Source of the DNA: a virus
Taxonomy: Duplodnaviria > Caudoviricetes
Reading direction: 5' to 3' (one strand)
DNA length: 58,311 bases
Virus record (IMG/VR): IMGVR_UViG_3300021962_000124
Span: 1-58,311 of that record
Part shown: piece by piece, positions 49,284-56,108 of the stretch
Layout: each line of letters begins with the position of its first letter
How positions within the stretch are numbered: the stretch's first letter is position 1
Position numbers and translations under genes: made by a program
Notes under the pieces: generated by a model
Seen by the model: only the letters and a program-made list of their open reading frames with translations
What the model was told of the DNA's origin: nothing
Database searches by the model: none

Positions 49284-49514
49284 TCAGTCGTAACGTGAGG
49301 AGAGATCAGGACCAGGATTTTCGAGATGTGCAACACTATCAGCAACACCTTCAGCAGTTAGTGCAAACTGAACTTTTTTGCCTTCGTGATAGATGTCAAA
49401 GACAGATTGCACATAAGGTGTCAGATTGCCTTGCGAATCCCAGGCATTTCGTGTATGTGAAGTCTCAACGATTTGATAGACTTTAGAGGTGAGAGGTGAA
49501 ACGTAAGTGCTCAT
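49284..49514 (-). CDS. Hypothetical protein
   Basis: 76 aa; its only ATG lies in repeat copy 4. Confidence 0.7.
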   Translation of the reverse strand: MSTYVSPLTSKVYQIVETSHTRNAWDSQGNLTPYVQSVFDIYHEGKKVQFALTAEGVADSVAHLENPGPDLSSRYD

Positions 49515-49544
49515 ACTATAGGGACAATTTGAAGGCCCCAGGTT
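49512..49544 (-). repeat. 33-bp element, copy 4
   Basis: catactatagggacaatttgaaggccccaggtt. Confidence 0.95.
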
Positions 49545-49548
49545 TCAG

Positions 49549-49809
49549 TTAGTTAAGATCAGTTGATGTTACAGTTTCCAGCAATTCTTCTGCAAACTCA
49601 CGATCATAAACTGCTTGGATTTCATCTAGCAATTCTTCAGGAAGTGAGCAACTTTCACGCAACTTTTCTTCTAACATTTCACTTGCAAATTGTACTAAAC
49701 TGTCGATGTCCATTCCATCAACAACTTGCTCAATGTAGAGTGCAAGAAGTTTATCGTATTGGTCTTGAGTAAGTTCCATTTTGTTTGCAGGATTAGGAAG
49801 GGAAATCAT
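49549..49809 (-). CDS. Acidic hypothetical protein (paralog of 48440..48715)
   Basis: MELTQDQYDKLLALYIEQVVDGMDIDSLVQFA. Confidence 0.75.
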   Translation of the reverse strand: MISLPNPANKMELTQDQYDKLLALYIEQVVDGMDIDSLVQFASEMLEEKLRESCSLPEELLDEIQAVYDREFAEELLETVTSTDLN

Positions 49810-50015
49810 TTCAGAATGTGGCGATAATCAATGGATTTAATACACCAACCCGTTGTGCAGGTGATCTCTTCAACGAGATCTTCTTCATCATCTGCCTCCC
49901 AAATTGTACCGATAGTTTCCTCAGTTATTTCATTCTGATAGTCAGGATCTACATCGCCCCAAGTATCATCATCAGAGGAAAAATCAAACTCAATGTAAGT
50001 AACTTGGAATTGCAT
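49806..50015 (-). CDS. Acidic hypothetical protein
   Basis: 69 aa, IEFDF...W.ADDE.DL..EIT..TGWCI. Confidence 0.75.
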   Translation of the reverse strand: MQFQVTYIEFDFSSDDDTWGDVDPDYQNEITEETIGTIWEADDEEDLVEEITCTTGWCIKSIDYRHILK

Positions 50016-50164
50016 CAGACTTCATCCCTCATTTCAGACAGTTTTTCATACAATGCAGACACATCTGCACCTACAATTTCACTCACTTCGTCCCAATCAT
50101 CATGAAACTCAATGAGAGCAAGAATTGCATCCAATTCTTCAAAAGTAAGAGTGGTTTGTGTCAT
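50015..50164 (-). CDS. Small acidic protein (paralog of 51224..51379)
   Basis: Hand-translated 49 aa MTQTTLTFEELDAILALIEFHDDW...EMRDEV. Confidence 0.7.
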   Translation of the reverse strand: MTQTTLTFEELDAILALIEFHDDWDEVSEIVGADVSALYEKLSEMRDEV

Positions 50165-50166
50165 AA

Positions 50167-50352
50167 TCAGGAAACGACAGAGTAACAAGCAACAGAAGAA
50201 GGAATACCTGAAAGTGCTAGCGAACCGTTGCGATCATCGCAATACTCTTGGGCATCATCTTCGCTGTAGAAAGGTCCAATATACTCAGGAGAATTGAGTG
50301 CGTTGGAATCGAAGCGAACTGTGAATGTTTCAGTCATTGTGGTTTGTCTCAT
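50167..50352 (-). CDS. Hypothetical protein
   Basis: 61 aa, EYIGPFYSEDDAQEY. Confidence 0.7.
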   Translation of the reverse strand: MRQTTMTETFTVRFDSNALNSPEYIGPFYSEDDAQEYCDDRNGSLALSGIPSSVACYSVVS

Positions 50353-50382
50353 ACTATAGGGACACTTTGAAGGCCCCAGGTT
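50350..50382 (-). repeat. 33-bp element, copy 5
   Basis: catactatagggacactttgaaggccccaggtt. Confidence 0.95.
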
Positions 50383-50556
50383 TCAGTAACCGTTCAGGAA
50401 ATCAGCAAGTGCTTCCCGATACTGTTCCTCGGTGTGATAGGTTCTAGCACCAATAGTCAGAGGAAAGGTATGCTTTGGAGCAGAAACTTTAGGCAGGTCA
50501 CGACCCTTATCGAGAACCTGTTGCTTATAAGGATTGGAGTTGTAGTTAGTGTTCAT
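50383..50556 (-). CDS. Small hypothetical protein filling one inter-repeat unit exactly
   Basis: Hand-translated 57 aa MNTNYNSNPYKQQVLDKGRDLP...YREALADFLNGY; ATG in copy 6, stop abuts copy 5. Confidence 0.7.
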   Translation of the reverse strand: MNTNYNSNPYKQQVLDKGRDLPKVSAPKHTFPLTIGARTYHTEEQYREALADFLNGY

Positions 50557-50586
50557 ACTATAGGGACACTTTCAAGGCCCCAGGTT
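50554..50586 (-). repeat. 33-bp element, copy 6
   Basis: catactatagggacactttcaaggccccaggtt (identical to copy 3). Confidence 0.95.
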
Positions 50587-50590
50587 ACTA

Positions 50591-50734
50591 TCATCGAAAA
50601 GTTGCATTGACACCTACAACTTTTGCAGTAGGATTTCGTGCTTGTGCAGTCTCGCGGGCATCTTTCGGGGAGTTAGCATACACTTCCTCCTTGAAGACTT
50701 TACCACCAACGTATAACTGAACTTCGTATTTCAT
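50591..50734 (-). CDS. Small hypothetical protein
   Basis: Hand-translated 47 aa MKYEVQLYVGGKVFKEEVYANSPKDARETAQARNPTAKVVGVNATFR. Confidence 0.75.
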   Translation of the reverse strand: MKYEVQLYVGGKVFKEEVYANSPKDARETAQARNPTAKVVGVNATFR

Positions 50735-50753
50735 TGGATTGTTTGTACTTTGA

Positions 50754-50860
50754 GAAAAATCGTTAATTTGACTGCAGCGGATGACCTATGACACCCTCAC
50801 AGTAGAATTGCAGAAAAAACAGGTTTTTGGTCTAGTGCTGGACTGGGTTCTCAGCGAGAC
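50754..50860. other. ~110-bp structured intergenic element, copy A
   Basis: Shares blocks GGATGACCT, AGAATTGnAGAAAAAnCAGGTTTT and CYAGT-n5-ACTGGGnTCTCAG, in the same order and spacing, with 57354-57464. Confidence 0.75.
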
Positions 50861-50871
50861 ACAAGTGAGAA

Positions 50872-51063
50872 TTACAGCGTCTGCCAGTCTTGTGCCTCTT
50901 TCAAGTTAGAGTTAAAGAACTTTTGTAGAATGGAACTGATCACAGGTTGCCATTCTCTGTCTTTAATTAGGTCACGATTTTGTGCTTCAACAAGAAACTT
51001 AAGGATGCAAGTCTCTTCATTAGCAGTGAAATCAACGCGAGTGAAAGTGTATCCGTCAGTCAT
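50872..51063 (-). CDS. Hypothetical protein
   Basis: MTDGYTFTRVDF...; TGATG overlap with upstream ORF. Confidence 0.7.
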   Translation of the reverse strand: MTDGYTFTRVDFTANEETCILKFLVEAQNRDLIKDREWQPVISSILQKFFNSNLKEAQDWQTL

Positions 51064-51221
51064 CAATCGTCTCCAAAGTTGTTAGCAAGAAAGTCCTCAA
51101 GTTCAGCGAGTTTGGTAGGAGTTAATGCCCAAACATATTCACTGATAATTGTAGCGAGAAGGTCAGGATCTTCACGACATTTCTCATTCAAAAAGAACTC
51201 AAGTTCAGTGAGTTTGTTCAT
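51063..51221 (-). CDS. Small acidic protein
   Basis: Hand-translated 52 aa MNKLTELEFFLNEKCREDPDLL... Confidence 0.7.
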   Translation of the reverse strand: MNKLTELEFFLNEKCREDPDLLATIISEYVWALTPTKLAELEDFLANNFGDD

Positions 51222-51223
51222 AA

Positions 51224-51379
51224 TCAAACCTCTTCACGCATTTTGAGAAGTTCTCTACGAAGTTCGCCACCTTCATAGGCAAGAAGACCCGTAGTTTCAA
51301 TCATGTTATACCATCCTTCATCTTGGTGATACTCAATCAGGGCAACTAGAGCATCAATTTGTGTGGTTGTTAAAGTCAT
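51224..51379 (-). CDS. Small protein (paralog of 50015..50164)
   Basis: Hand-translated 51 aa MTLTTTQIDALVALIEYHQD...KMREEV. Confidence 0.7.
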   Translation of the reverse strand: MTLTTTQIDALVALIEYHQDEGWYNMIETTGLLAYEGGELRRELLKMREEV

Positions 51380-51381
51380 AA

Positions 51382-51549
51382 TCAAACAGGGGTAACTTCA
51401 ACGGAACGGATAAGATTTGTGCGATCTTGCGCTAGATAATCGTCTGCAATCTTGCCACAAGATGAACGCGATTGAATGATCTTTTCTTCGTATAGGTTCT
51501 CATCTTCATCAGGAACCCAATACTCAATCAGAAGGCGATAGTTCTTCAT
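51382..51549 (-). CDS. Small hypothetical protein
   Basis: Likely start MKNYRLLIEYW after TGATTATG. Confidence 0.7.
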   Translation of the reverse strand: MKNYRLLIEYWVPDEDENLYEEKIIQSRSSCGKIADDYLAQDRTNLIRSVEVTPV

Positions 51550-51551
51550 AA

Positions 51552-51794
51552 TCAGTACAGAGGGCAGAATGAACCACAGAAGCGACGAACCCACTGCAAA
51601 GTGTCATAATGACTGCGGGGTTTCGACATCACCATGCTTTTATTTGTTTCAGGGTTGAGAGCAATAGCAACGTATTTGTGGTCACATTCCTGATACTCAG
51701 GAGTGATTTGTTGAATAAACATTTGACGTACAGTACCTTCTTTCCAGTTGGTAGTGTAGTGAAAGACTTGATCCATTTCAGTGGTTGTGCTCAT
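51552..51794 (-). CDS. Hypothetical protein
   Basis: 80 aa, ATG in repeat copy 7. Confidence 0.7.
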   Translation of the reverse strand: MSTTTEMDQVFHYTTNWKEGTVRQMFIQQITPEYQECDHKYVAIALNPETNKSMVMSKPRSHYDTLQWVRRFCGSFCPLY

Positions 51795-51824
51795 ACTATA
51801 GGGACACTTTGAAGGCCCCAGGTT
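51792..51824 (-). repeat. 33-bp element, copy 7
   Basis: catactatagggacactttgaaggccccaggtt (identical to copy 5). Confidence 0.95.
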
Positions 51825-51857
51825 TCAATCAACCTGAGGTAAATCAGGTTTATTTTA

Positions 51858-52163
51858 CTACCTTAAAGAATAGACTTCATCACCAACATCACTCAGAAGA
51901 TTTTGTTGAACGTAATCTCGAACATCATTTGAGTAATCAACAATTTTACCTCCCAAAATTACAAGTTCAGTTCTCAACCTTTCAGAAAGTAGATCTTTTG
52001 AAAAGTAAGTTATTGAGGGATCATTGTCGGGAATGGTTGGATCGTAAATGTTTCCTTTAGCAGATTTTTTAACACACCAATCGTAAGATACGATAGATTT
52101 AATTTTATCTTCTTCTGGAAGAAGTTCTACCCTACGACCAGACTTTTCGTGATAGATTTTCAT
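51858..52163 (-). CDS. Hypothetical protein
   Basis: 101 aa, only gene between copies 8 and 7. Confidence 0.7.
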   Translation of the reverse strand: MKIYHEKSGRRVELLPEEDKIKSIVSYDWCVKKSAKGNIYDPTIPDNDPSITYFSKDLLSERLRTELVILGGKIVDYSNDVRDYVQQNLLSDVGDEVYSLR

Positions 52164-52183
52164 TTGAGTTTGAGAGGTGTGCT

Positions 52184-52216
52184 TACACTATGGGGACACT
52201 TTGAAGGACCCAGGTT
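52184..52216 (-). repeat. 33-bp element, copy 8
   Basis: tacactatggggacactttgaaggacccaggtt. Confidence 0.9.
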
Positions 52217-52224
52217 ACTGATAC

Positions 52225-52488
52225 TTACCAAGTTCCACGTTGGATGTGGATCTTGCGGATCTCTTGATAAAGAAACTGACGAAGTTTAGGTTCGGAAGTG
52301 TTATCAAAAGCATAATAAAGACGATTCAAGTATTCATCCTGTGTGGCACCTATGTTACCATCACCACCGATCTCATTGAGTGCAGAACCTGCAACAACTT
52401 TGCTCTTGCCGAAGTTGCCAGACACACGCCCAGATGTCCTCAGTTTGGGTTTGATCTTTGAGAGGTTAGAGTAAGTCATTGACATCAC
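52225..52488 (-). CDS. Hypothetical protein
   Basis: SNLSKIKPKLRTSG.VSGNFG...; 87 aa. Confidence 0.75.
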   Translation of the reverse strand: MMSMTYSNLSKIKPKLRTSGRVSGNFGKSKVVAGSALNEIGGDGNIGATQDEYLNRLYYAFDNTSEPKLRQFLYQEIRKIHIQRGTW

Positions 52489-52916
52489 TTCGCGTACAGA
52501 TAACCACCAGACCAGTCTGCATTTTCCAGCAGATACTCACGATCTTTGATCAATCGCAGGTCATAACGAACACCTTTGGCAGGAGATTTCCAGGTGGCAG
52601 ACTTATACACTTCGCCAGTGTTCTTATCAATGAAGCAATGAACACTACGCGATCCGCCACCACTCACAAAGATGACTTTGTGATACTTTTTACCAGTCTC
52701 AACAGTATAATCAATGTCACACTTGCCAGACTTGAGTTCATCAATCTTGCGCTGATGATACTCTTGAGTGTCAGCATCATTCACGAACTTTTGATGACCG
52801 CGAATAGAATACTGACGATAATTGTCTTTCAATGCTTCAATCAGCAGCAGAGTGTTCTTATACACATTGTCTGCAATGGTTTGTTGTGCTTGTGCTTGCA
52901 TTGTAGTTGTGCTCAT
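52485..52916 (-). CDS. Conserved phage hypothetical protein
   Basis: GKKYHKV..SVHCFIDKNTGEVYKSATWKSPAKGVRY; start placed at or after the ATG of copy 9 because the ORF-track extension crosses the repeat. Confidence 0.8.
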   Translation of the reverse strand: MSTTTMQAQAQQTIADNVYKNTLLLIEALKDNYRQYSIRGHQKFVNDADTQEYHQRKIDELKSGKCDIDYTVETGKKYHKVIFVSGGGSRSVHCFIDKNTGEVYKSATWKSPAKGVRYDLRLIKDREYLLENADWSGGYLYAK

Positions 52917-52946
52917 ACTATAAGGACAATTTGAAGGCCCCAGGTT
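52914..52946 (-). repeat. 33-bp element, copy 9
   Basis: catactataaggacaatttgaaggccccaggtt. Confidence 0.93.
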
Positions 52947-52950
52947 ACAT

Positions 52951-53859
52951 TCACCAATTCTTTTGAAGTGTAAAGTTTTGACGACTGAACTCTTCACGAT
53001 TTACGATCTTGTACGATCCAAACTTGTTGGTCATAACATAACCTTCGTGATCGCTCAGTTGTCCATCAATCTCACACGAAATGTCGGTGTCAGATTCAAT
53101 GAAGCAGAACAAATCCATCTTGATAGATTCAACCAACTTCCACAAACGCAGAACATTCACATCAACATCATAATTTTCTGCAATTTCATGCTCATCGACC
53201 TCCTTACCCTCACGGATGTAGGAATTGATGACTTTTTTGAGTTCTGTTGCTTGTTTGTTGCTTACAAAGGTGCAAAGAGTGCTCATTTGTTTAGCAAACT
53301 TGCAGAAGTCTTCGATGTCATCACGATGAGGACAGATAGATGCTTCAGGTTGCACCCATTTCACATCCAGAGTATCAACAAACTGTTTGCTGATAGGATG
53401 TGCAACAGCATTGCGAAGATCACTCTCACAATCATACTCAGTGTGAGGAGCAATGATTACACTTTGCTCGATCACCTCATCGAACTTGTAAGTGATCGTA
53501 TTGGGGCGATAAGTATCATCACCGCCAAAACCAATAAAATCACCTTGATAGATGTGATTTGTGCGAGGAAGACTATCAAAGCAAGCATGAAGAATAGTCG
53601 CAACTTTACCCTCATGGTTCGCATCAATTTCTTCATGTGAATGATTGATCTTGATCTTTACTTTGTTGAACACAGATTTGGTGCCAACGAAGAACTTACC
53701 ATTGGCAGGATTGCGACCCCACACAATAGCAGGAGCACCATCAATCTTGACACTGATAGTAGAATCAGCAGAGAACCAATCAAGAACCGAAAGATCACCC
53801 GTAAGGATCATATCTTCAGGATGTTCGAGATGTTTGTTTTGCATTGGTTGCTTGCTCAT
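52951..53859 (-). CDS. Protein with ligase/nucleotidyltransferase-like motifs
   Basis: HLEHPED N-terminus, SVKIDGAP (KxDG), HEGYV, YKIVNR. Confidence 0.7.
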   Translation of the reverse strand: MSKQPMQNKHLEHPEDMILTGDLSVLDWFSADSTISVKIDGAPAIVWGRNPANGKFFVGTKSVFNKVKIKINHSHEEIDANHEGKVATILHACFDSLPRTNHIYQGDFIGFGGDDTYRPNTITYKFDEVIEQSVIIAPHTEYDCESDLRNAVAHPISKQFVDTLDVKWVQPEASICPHRDDIEDFCKFAKQMSTLCTFVSNKQATELKKVINSYIREGKEVDEHEIAENYDVDVNVLRLWKLVESIKMDLFCFIESDTDISCEIDGQLSDHEGYVMTNKFGSYKIVNREEFSRQNFTLQKNW

Positions 53860-53889
53860 ACTACTACGACAGTTTCAAGGCCCCAGGTT
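53857..53889 (-). repeat. 33-bp element, copy 10
   Basis: catactactacgacagtttcaaggccccaggtt. Confidence 0.88.
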
Positions 53890-53892
53890 ATA

Positions 53893-54096
53893 TTAAACTT
53901 GCACCAATTTGGCAAGACGATTGCGAATATCAAAGATCTCCATTTCATCCATATCTACGGCATCCAAATCTACAGGAGCAAACTCCTCAAGATTTACATT
54001 TCCGTCAGCATAGATGGGTGCATAATACAACTCATCACCATCTTCTTGCGAGAGAGTATAAACGCAACCGTGACCAGGAACAGTGAGAAAAATCAT
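53893..54096 (-). CDS. Small acidic hypothetical protein
   Basis: Likely start MIFLTVPGHGCVYTL. Confidence 0.7.
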   Translation of the reverse strand: MIFLTVPGHGCVYTLSQEDGDELYYAPIYADGNVNLEEFAPVDLDAVDMDEMEIFDIRNRLAKLVQV

Positions 54097-54117
54097 TGGA
54101 GTTTCACGAACAAAGGT

Positions 54118-54163
54118 ACAATAAAGGAGCACAAGCATAAAAGCAAGTGCTCCTGTGACAGTT
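54118..54163 (-). promoter_or_regulatory. Stem-loop with embedded sigma70-like promoter and upstream AAACTGTCACA box
   Basis: AGGAGCAC / GTGCTCCT stem; TTGCTT-17 nt-TATTGT. Confidence 0.5.
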
Positions 54164-54165
54164 TA

Positions 54166-54423
54166 TCAAGCGGAACGACGCTTGCGGGTTTTAGTAACAG
54201 TAGCAGGTTGCTCCACTACTTCAGCAGGAGAAAGTTGTGCTTTACCAAACTCAATCAGTGTATCAACAAACTTCAGAAACTGAAGAGTTGCAACACGAAC
54301 TTTCTCACTTCCATTGTTCTCATTGAAGGAACGAATGAGGAATTGAACTACACCAACAACGACGGCACTGATAGTAGCGACGTTCTTGACGAGAGTATCA
54401 ACAAATGTCCAGTAAAAGGTCAT
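54166..54423 (-). CDS. Hypothetical protein with hydrophobic segment and basic tail
   Basis: Likely start MTFYWTFVD; VATISAVVVGVVQFLI; ends KTRKRRSA. Confidence 0.7.
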   Translation of the reverse strand: MTFYWTFVDTLVKNVATISAVVVGVVQFLIRSFNENNGSEKVRVATLQFLKFVDTLIEFGKAQLSPAEVVEQPATVTKTRKRRSA

Positions 54424-54458
54424 AGTTTGTATTAGAAACTGCGGTGGGGACACGTCCT

Positions 54459-54491
54459 CACATCATAGGGACACTTTCAAGGCCCCAGGTT
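54459..54491 (-). repeat. 33-bp element, copy 11
   Basis: cacatcatagggacactttcaaggccccaggtt. Confidence 0.9.
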
Positions 54492-54495
54492 TAAC

Positions 54496-55269
54496 TCAAC
54501 CAAATTGCGTCAGATCAACTGGAATGTTTCCAATTCGATCCTCTGCGATCTTAAAGTATTCGGAATCACTTTCCATACCAATGAACTTACGTCCTAGTTT
54601 TACAGCAGCAACACCTGTAGATCCAGATCCCATACAATTATCCAACACAACTTCACCCTCGTTAGAGTAAGTTTTTACCAACCATTCCATTAGTGGAACT
54701 GGTTTTTGTGTAGGATGAACTTGTTGCTGAGCACTGAAATCTCTTGAAATGTTGAGAACTGACTTCGGATACCTTGTACCATCATTAGAGAATGATTTGC
54801 GTGGTTTCATACCATAACCATGATCATTCTTTCGACCAACGTAACCCTCTGGGTTCTTACTTGTTCTTGAGTATGGTTCTCCTTTTTCCATCTGTGGGTT
54901 GTATGTACCACCTGCGTTCTTGTAGAAGATCAGAATGTTCTCGTGAGTCTTCATTGGTCTGTATTTGGCAAGTCCAGGCGACCCACATTTGTTCTTGTTC
55001 CACACTAACTCGTACCTGAACCATTCTAACTTTGAGCAAATAAGTTGTGCGGAAAAAGGCTGAGAACCAAACAGGCAAATCACACCCTTAGGTTTAATGA
55101 TTCTGCCATACTGTTCCCACATAAGGTTAAAATCTAAAACCTCATCCCATTTGATCGAAGTAGTACCAAAAGGTGGATCACAGCAAATAAAATCAATAGA
55201 AGAATCGGGGATGTCTTTCATCAACTGAAGGCAATCCCCGAATTGTAGATCAAAGTTGCTCAAAACCAT
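54496..55269 (-). CDS. DNA amino-methyltransferase (N6A/N4C, beta class)
   Basis: GDCL, motif IV DPPF, HPTQKPV.L, motif I VLDNCMGSGSTG, in beta-class order. Confidence 0.93.
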   Translation of the reverse strand: MVLSNFDLQFGDCLQLMKDIPDSSIDFICCDPPFGTTSIKWDEVLDFNLMWEQYGRIIKPKGVICLFGSQPFSAQLICSKLEWFRYELVWNKNKCGSPGLAKYRPMKTHENILIFYKNAGGTYNPQMEKGEPYSRTSKNPEGYVGRKNDHGYGMKPRKSFSNDGTRYPKSVLNISRDFSAQQQVHPTQKPVPLMEWLVKTYSNEGEVVLDNCMGSGSTGVAAVKLGRKFIGMESDSEYFKIAEDRIGNIPVDLTQFG

Positions 55270-55855
55270 TGTGTGCGTTAATTTTGCGGCGTACAGATTC
55301 CTTGTAACATTCTACCAGAAACTTGTATGCTTGTCCATAGTCACGCTCAACGGGTTGAGTGTTATCCTTCCACTTAATTTGGAAGGGAAGATTATTACCA
55401 TTTGGAGTAATCTTCTGAAGAGACTTGAGACTTTGCAGATAAACTTTCTGAGTTCCCTTATCTACAACAATGATATAATAATCACGGTTGTTCTCTGCTC
55501 CACTGTGATTCTTCAGTGCATCCTGGAACTTTGCCCAGGAACTTGCATTAACTTGATCTTCAGGAAGATCAGTCAGAGCATACAAAATTGCTGCTTTTGA
55601 CGAAAAGTTATCTGCTGCACCTTTGTTGAAATCAGATGACTTAATGTTGAGATAATACCCAAACAATTTGACATCCCACCAGCAACGTGCTGGTGGTTTC
55701 TCTACATTTTCAGGACCATACTTCTCAACAAGAAGATCAATTACAGTGTCTTCATCTGCAATACTATTCACTCGCCCATCTTCATGACTCTCACTAATTG
55801 TAACAATGCCAGAGAGATAACTCACTACATCGGTAAGTTGTTGCGGAAAGTTCAT
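55250..55855 (-). CDS. Putative type II restriction endonuclease
   Basis: Overlaps the methyltransferase; E...WWD...NIK arrangement compatible with a PD-(D/E)xK variant. Confidence 0.55.
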   Translation of the reverse strand: MNFPQQLTDVVSYLSGIVTISESHEDGRVNSIADEDTVIDLLVEKYGPENVEKPPARCWWDVKLFGYYLNIKSSDFNKGAADNFSSKAAILYALTDLPEDQVNASSWAKFQDALKNHSGAENNRDYYIIVVDKGTQKVYLQSLKSLQKITPNGNNLPFQIKWKDNTQPVERDYGQAYKFLVECYKESVRRKINAHNGFEQL

Positions 55856-55867
55856 GTGGTTAGTGGT

Positions 55868-55900
55868 TACAATGAAGAGACAGTTTCAAGGCCCCAGGTT
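55868..55900 (-). repeat. 33-bp element, copy 12 (3' part degenerate)
   Basis: tacaatgaagagacagtttcaaggccccaggtt. Confidence 0.85.
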
Positions 55901-55904
55901 AGCA

Positions 55905-56108
55905 TTAGTCAATAGGTAATTTTGCATTAGAGCAATTTTTTCTGTGGTCGGTGATATACTTTCGTGCAGAACTTTCAGTCCTACAGAGTTTCTCAAGTTG
56001 CTGACCATTGTGGATGATTAGATACTGATTTCCATAAGGAATTGCAGCATAGGTGTCTTTGAACATCGTAAATCCTTCTTTCATTTTAGAAAAACTTAGT
56101 TTGTGCAA
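55905..56108 (-). CDS. Small hypothetical protein
   Basis: YAAIPYG.QY.IIHNGQQL..CRT..SA; true start probably MKEGF. Confidence 0.7.
   Translation of the reverse strand: MHKLSFSKMKEGFTMFKDTYAAIPYGNQYLIIHNGQQLEKLCRTESSARKYITDHRKNCSNAKLPID

Noticed and set aside
52479-54435. Long plus-strand ORFs (151, 225 and 264 aa)
   Set aside because: Antisense to well-formed minus-strand genes, two of them cross the repeats, and they have no motifs or expression signals
46967-55900. CRISPR array (33-bp, partly palindromic repeats)
   Set aside because: Spacers are 170-1400 bp, irregular, and contain whole genes; no cas genes in the window
46967-55900. Canonical integron attC sites
   Set aside because: Too short, no matching GTTRRRY at the far end and no IntI in the window; only the architecture is analogous
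46967-55900. TTGAAA and TATAGT in the repeat as a sigma70 -35/-10 pair
   Set aside because: They are only 7 nt apart, and five copies read TTCAAA
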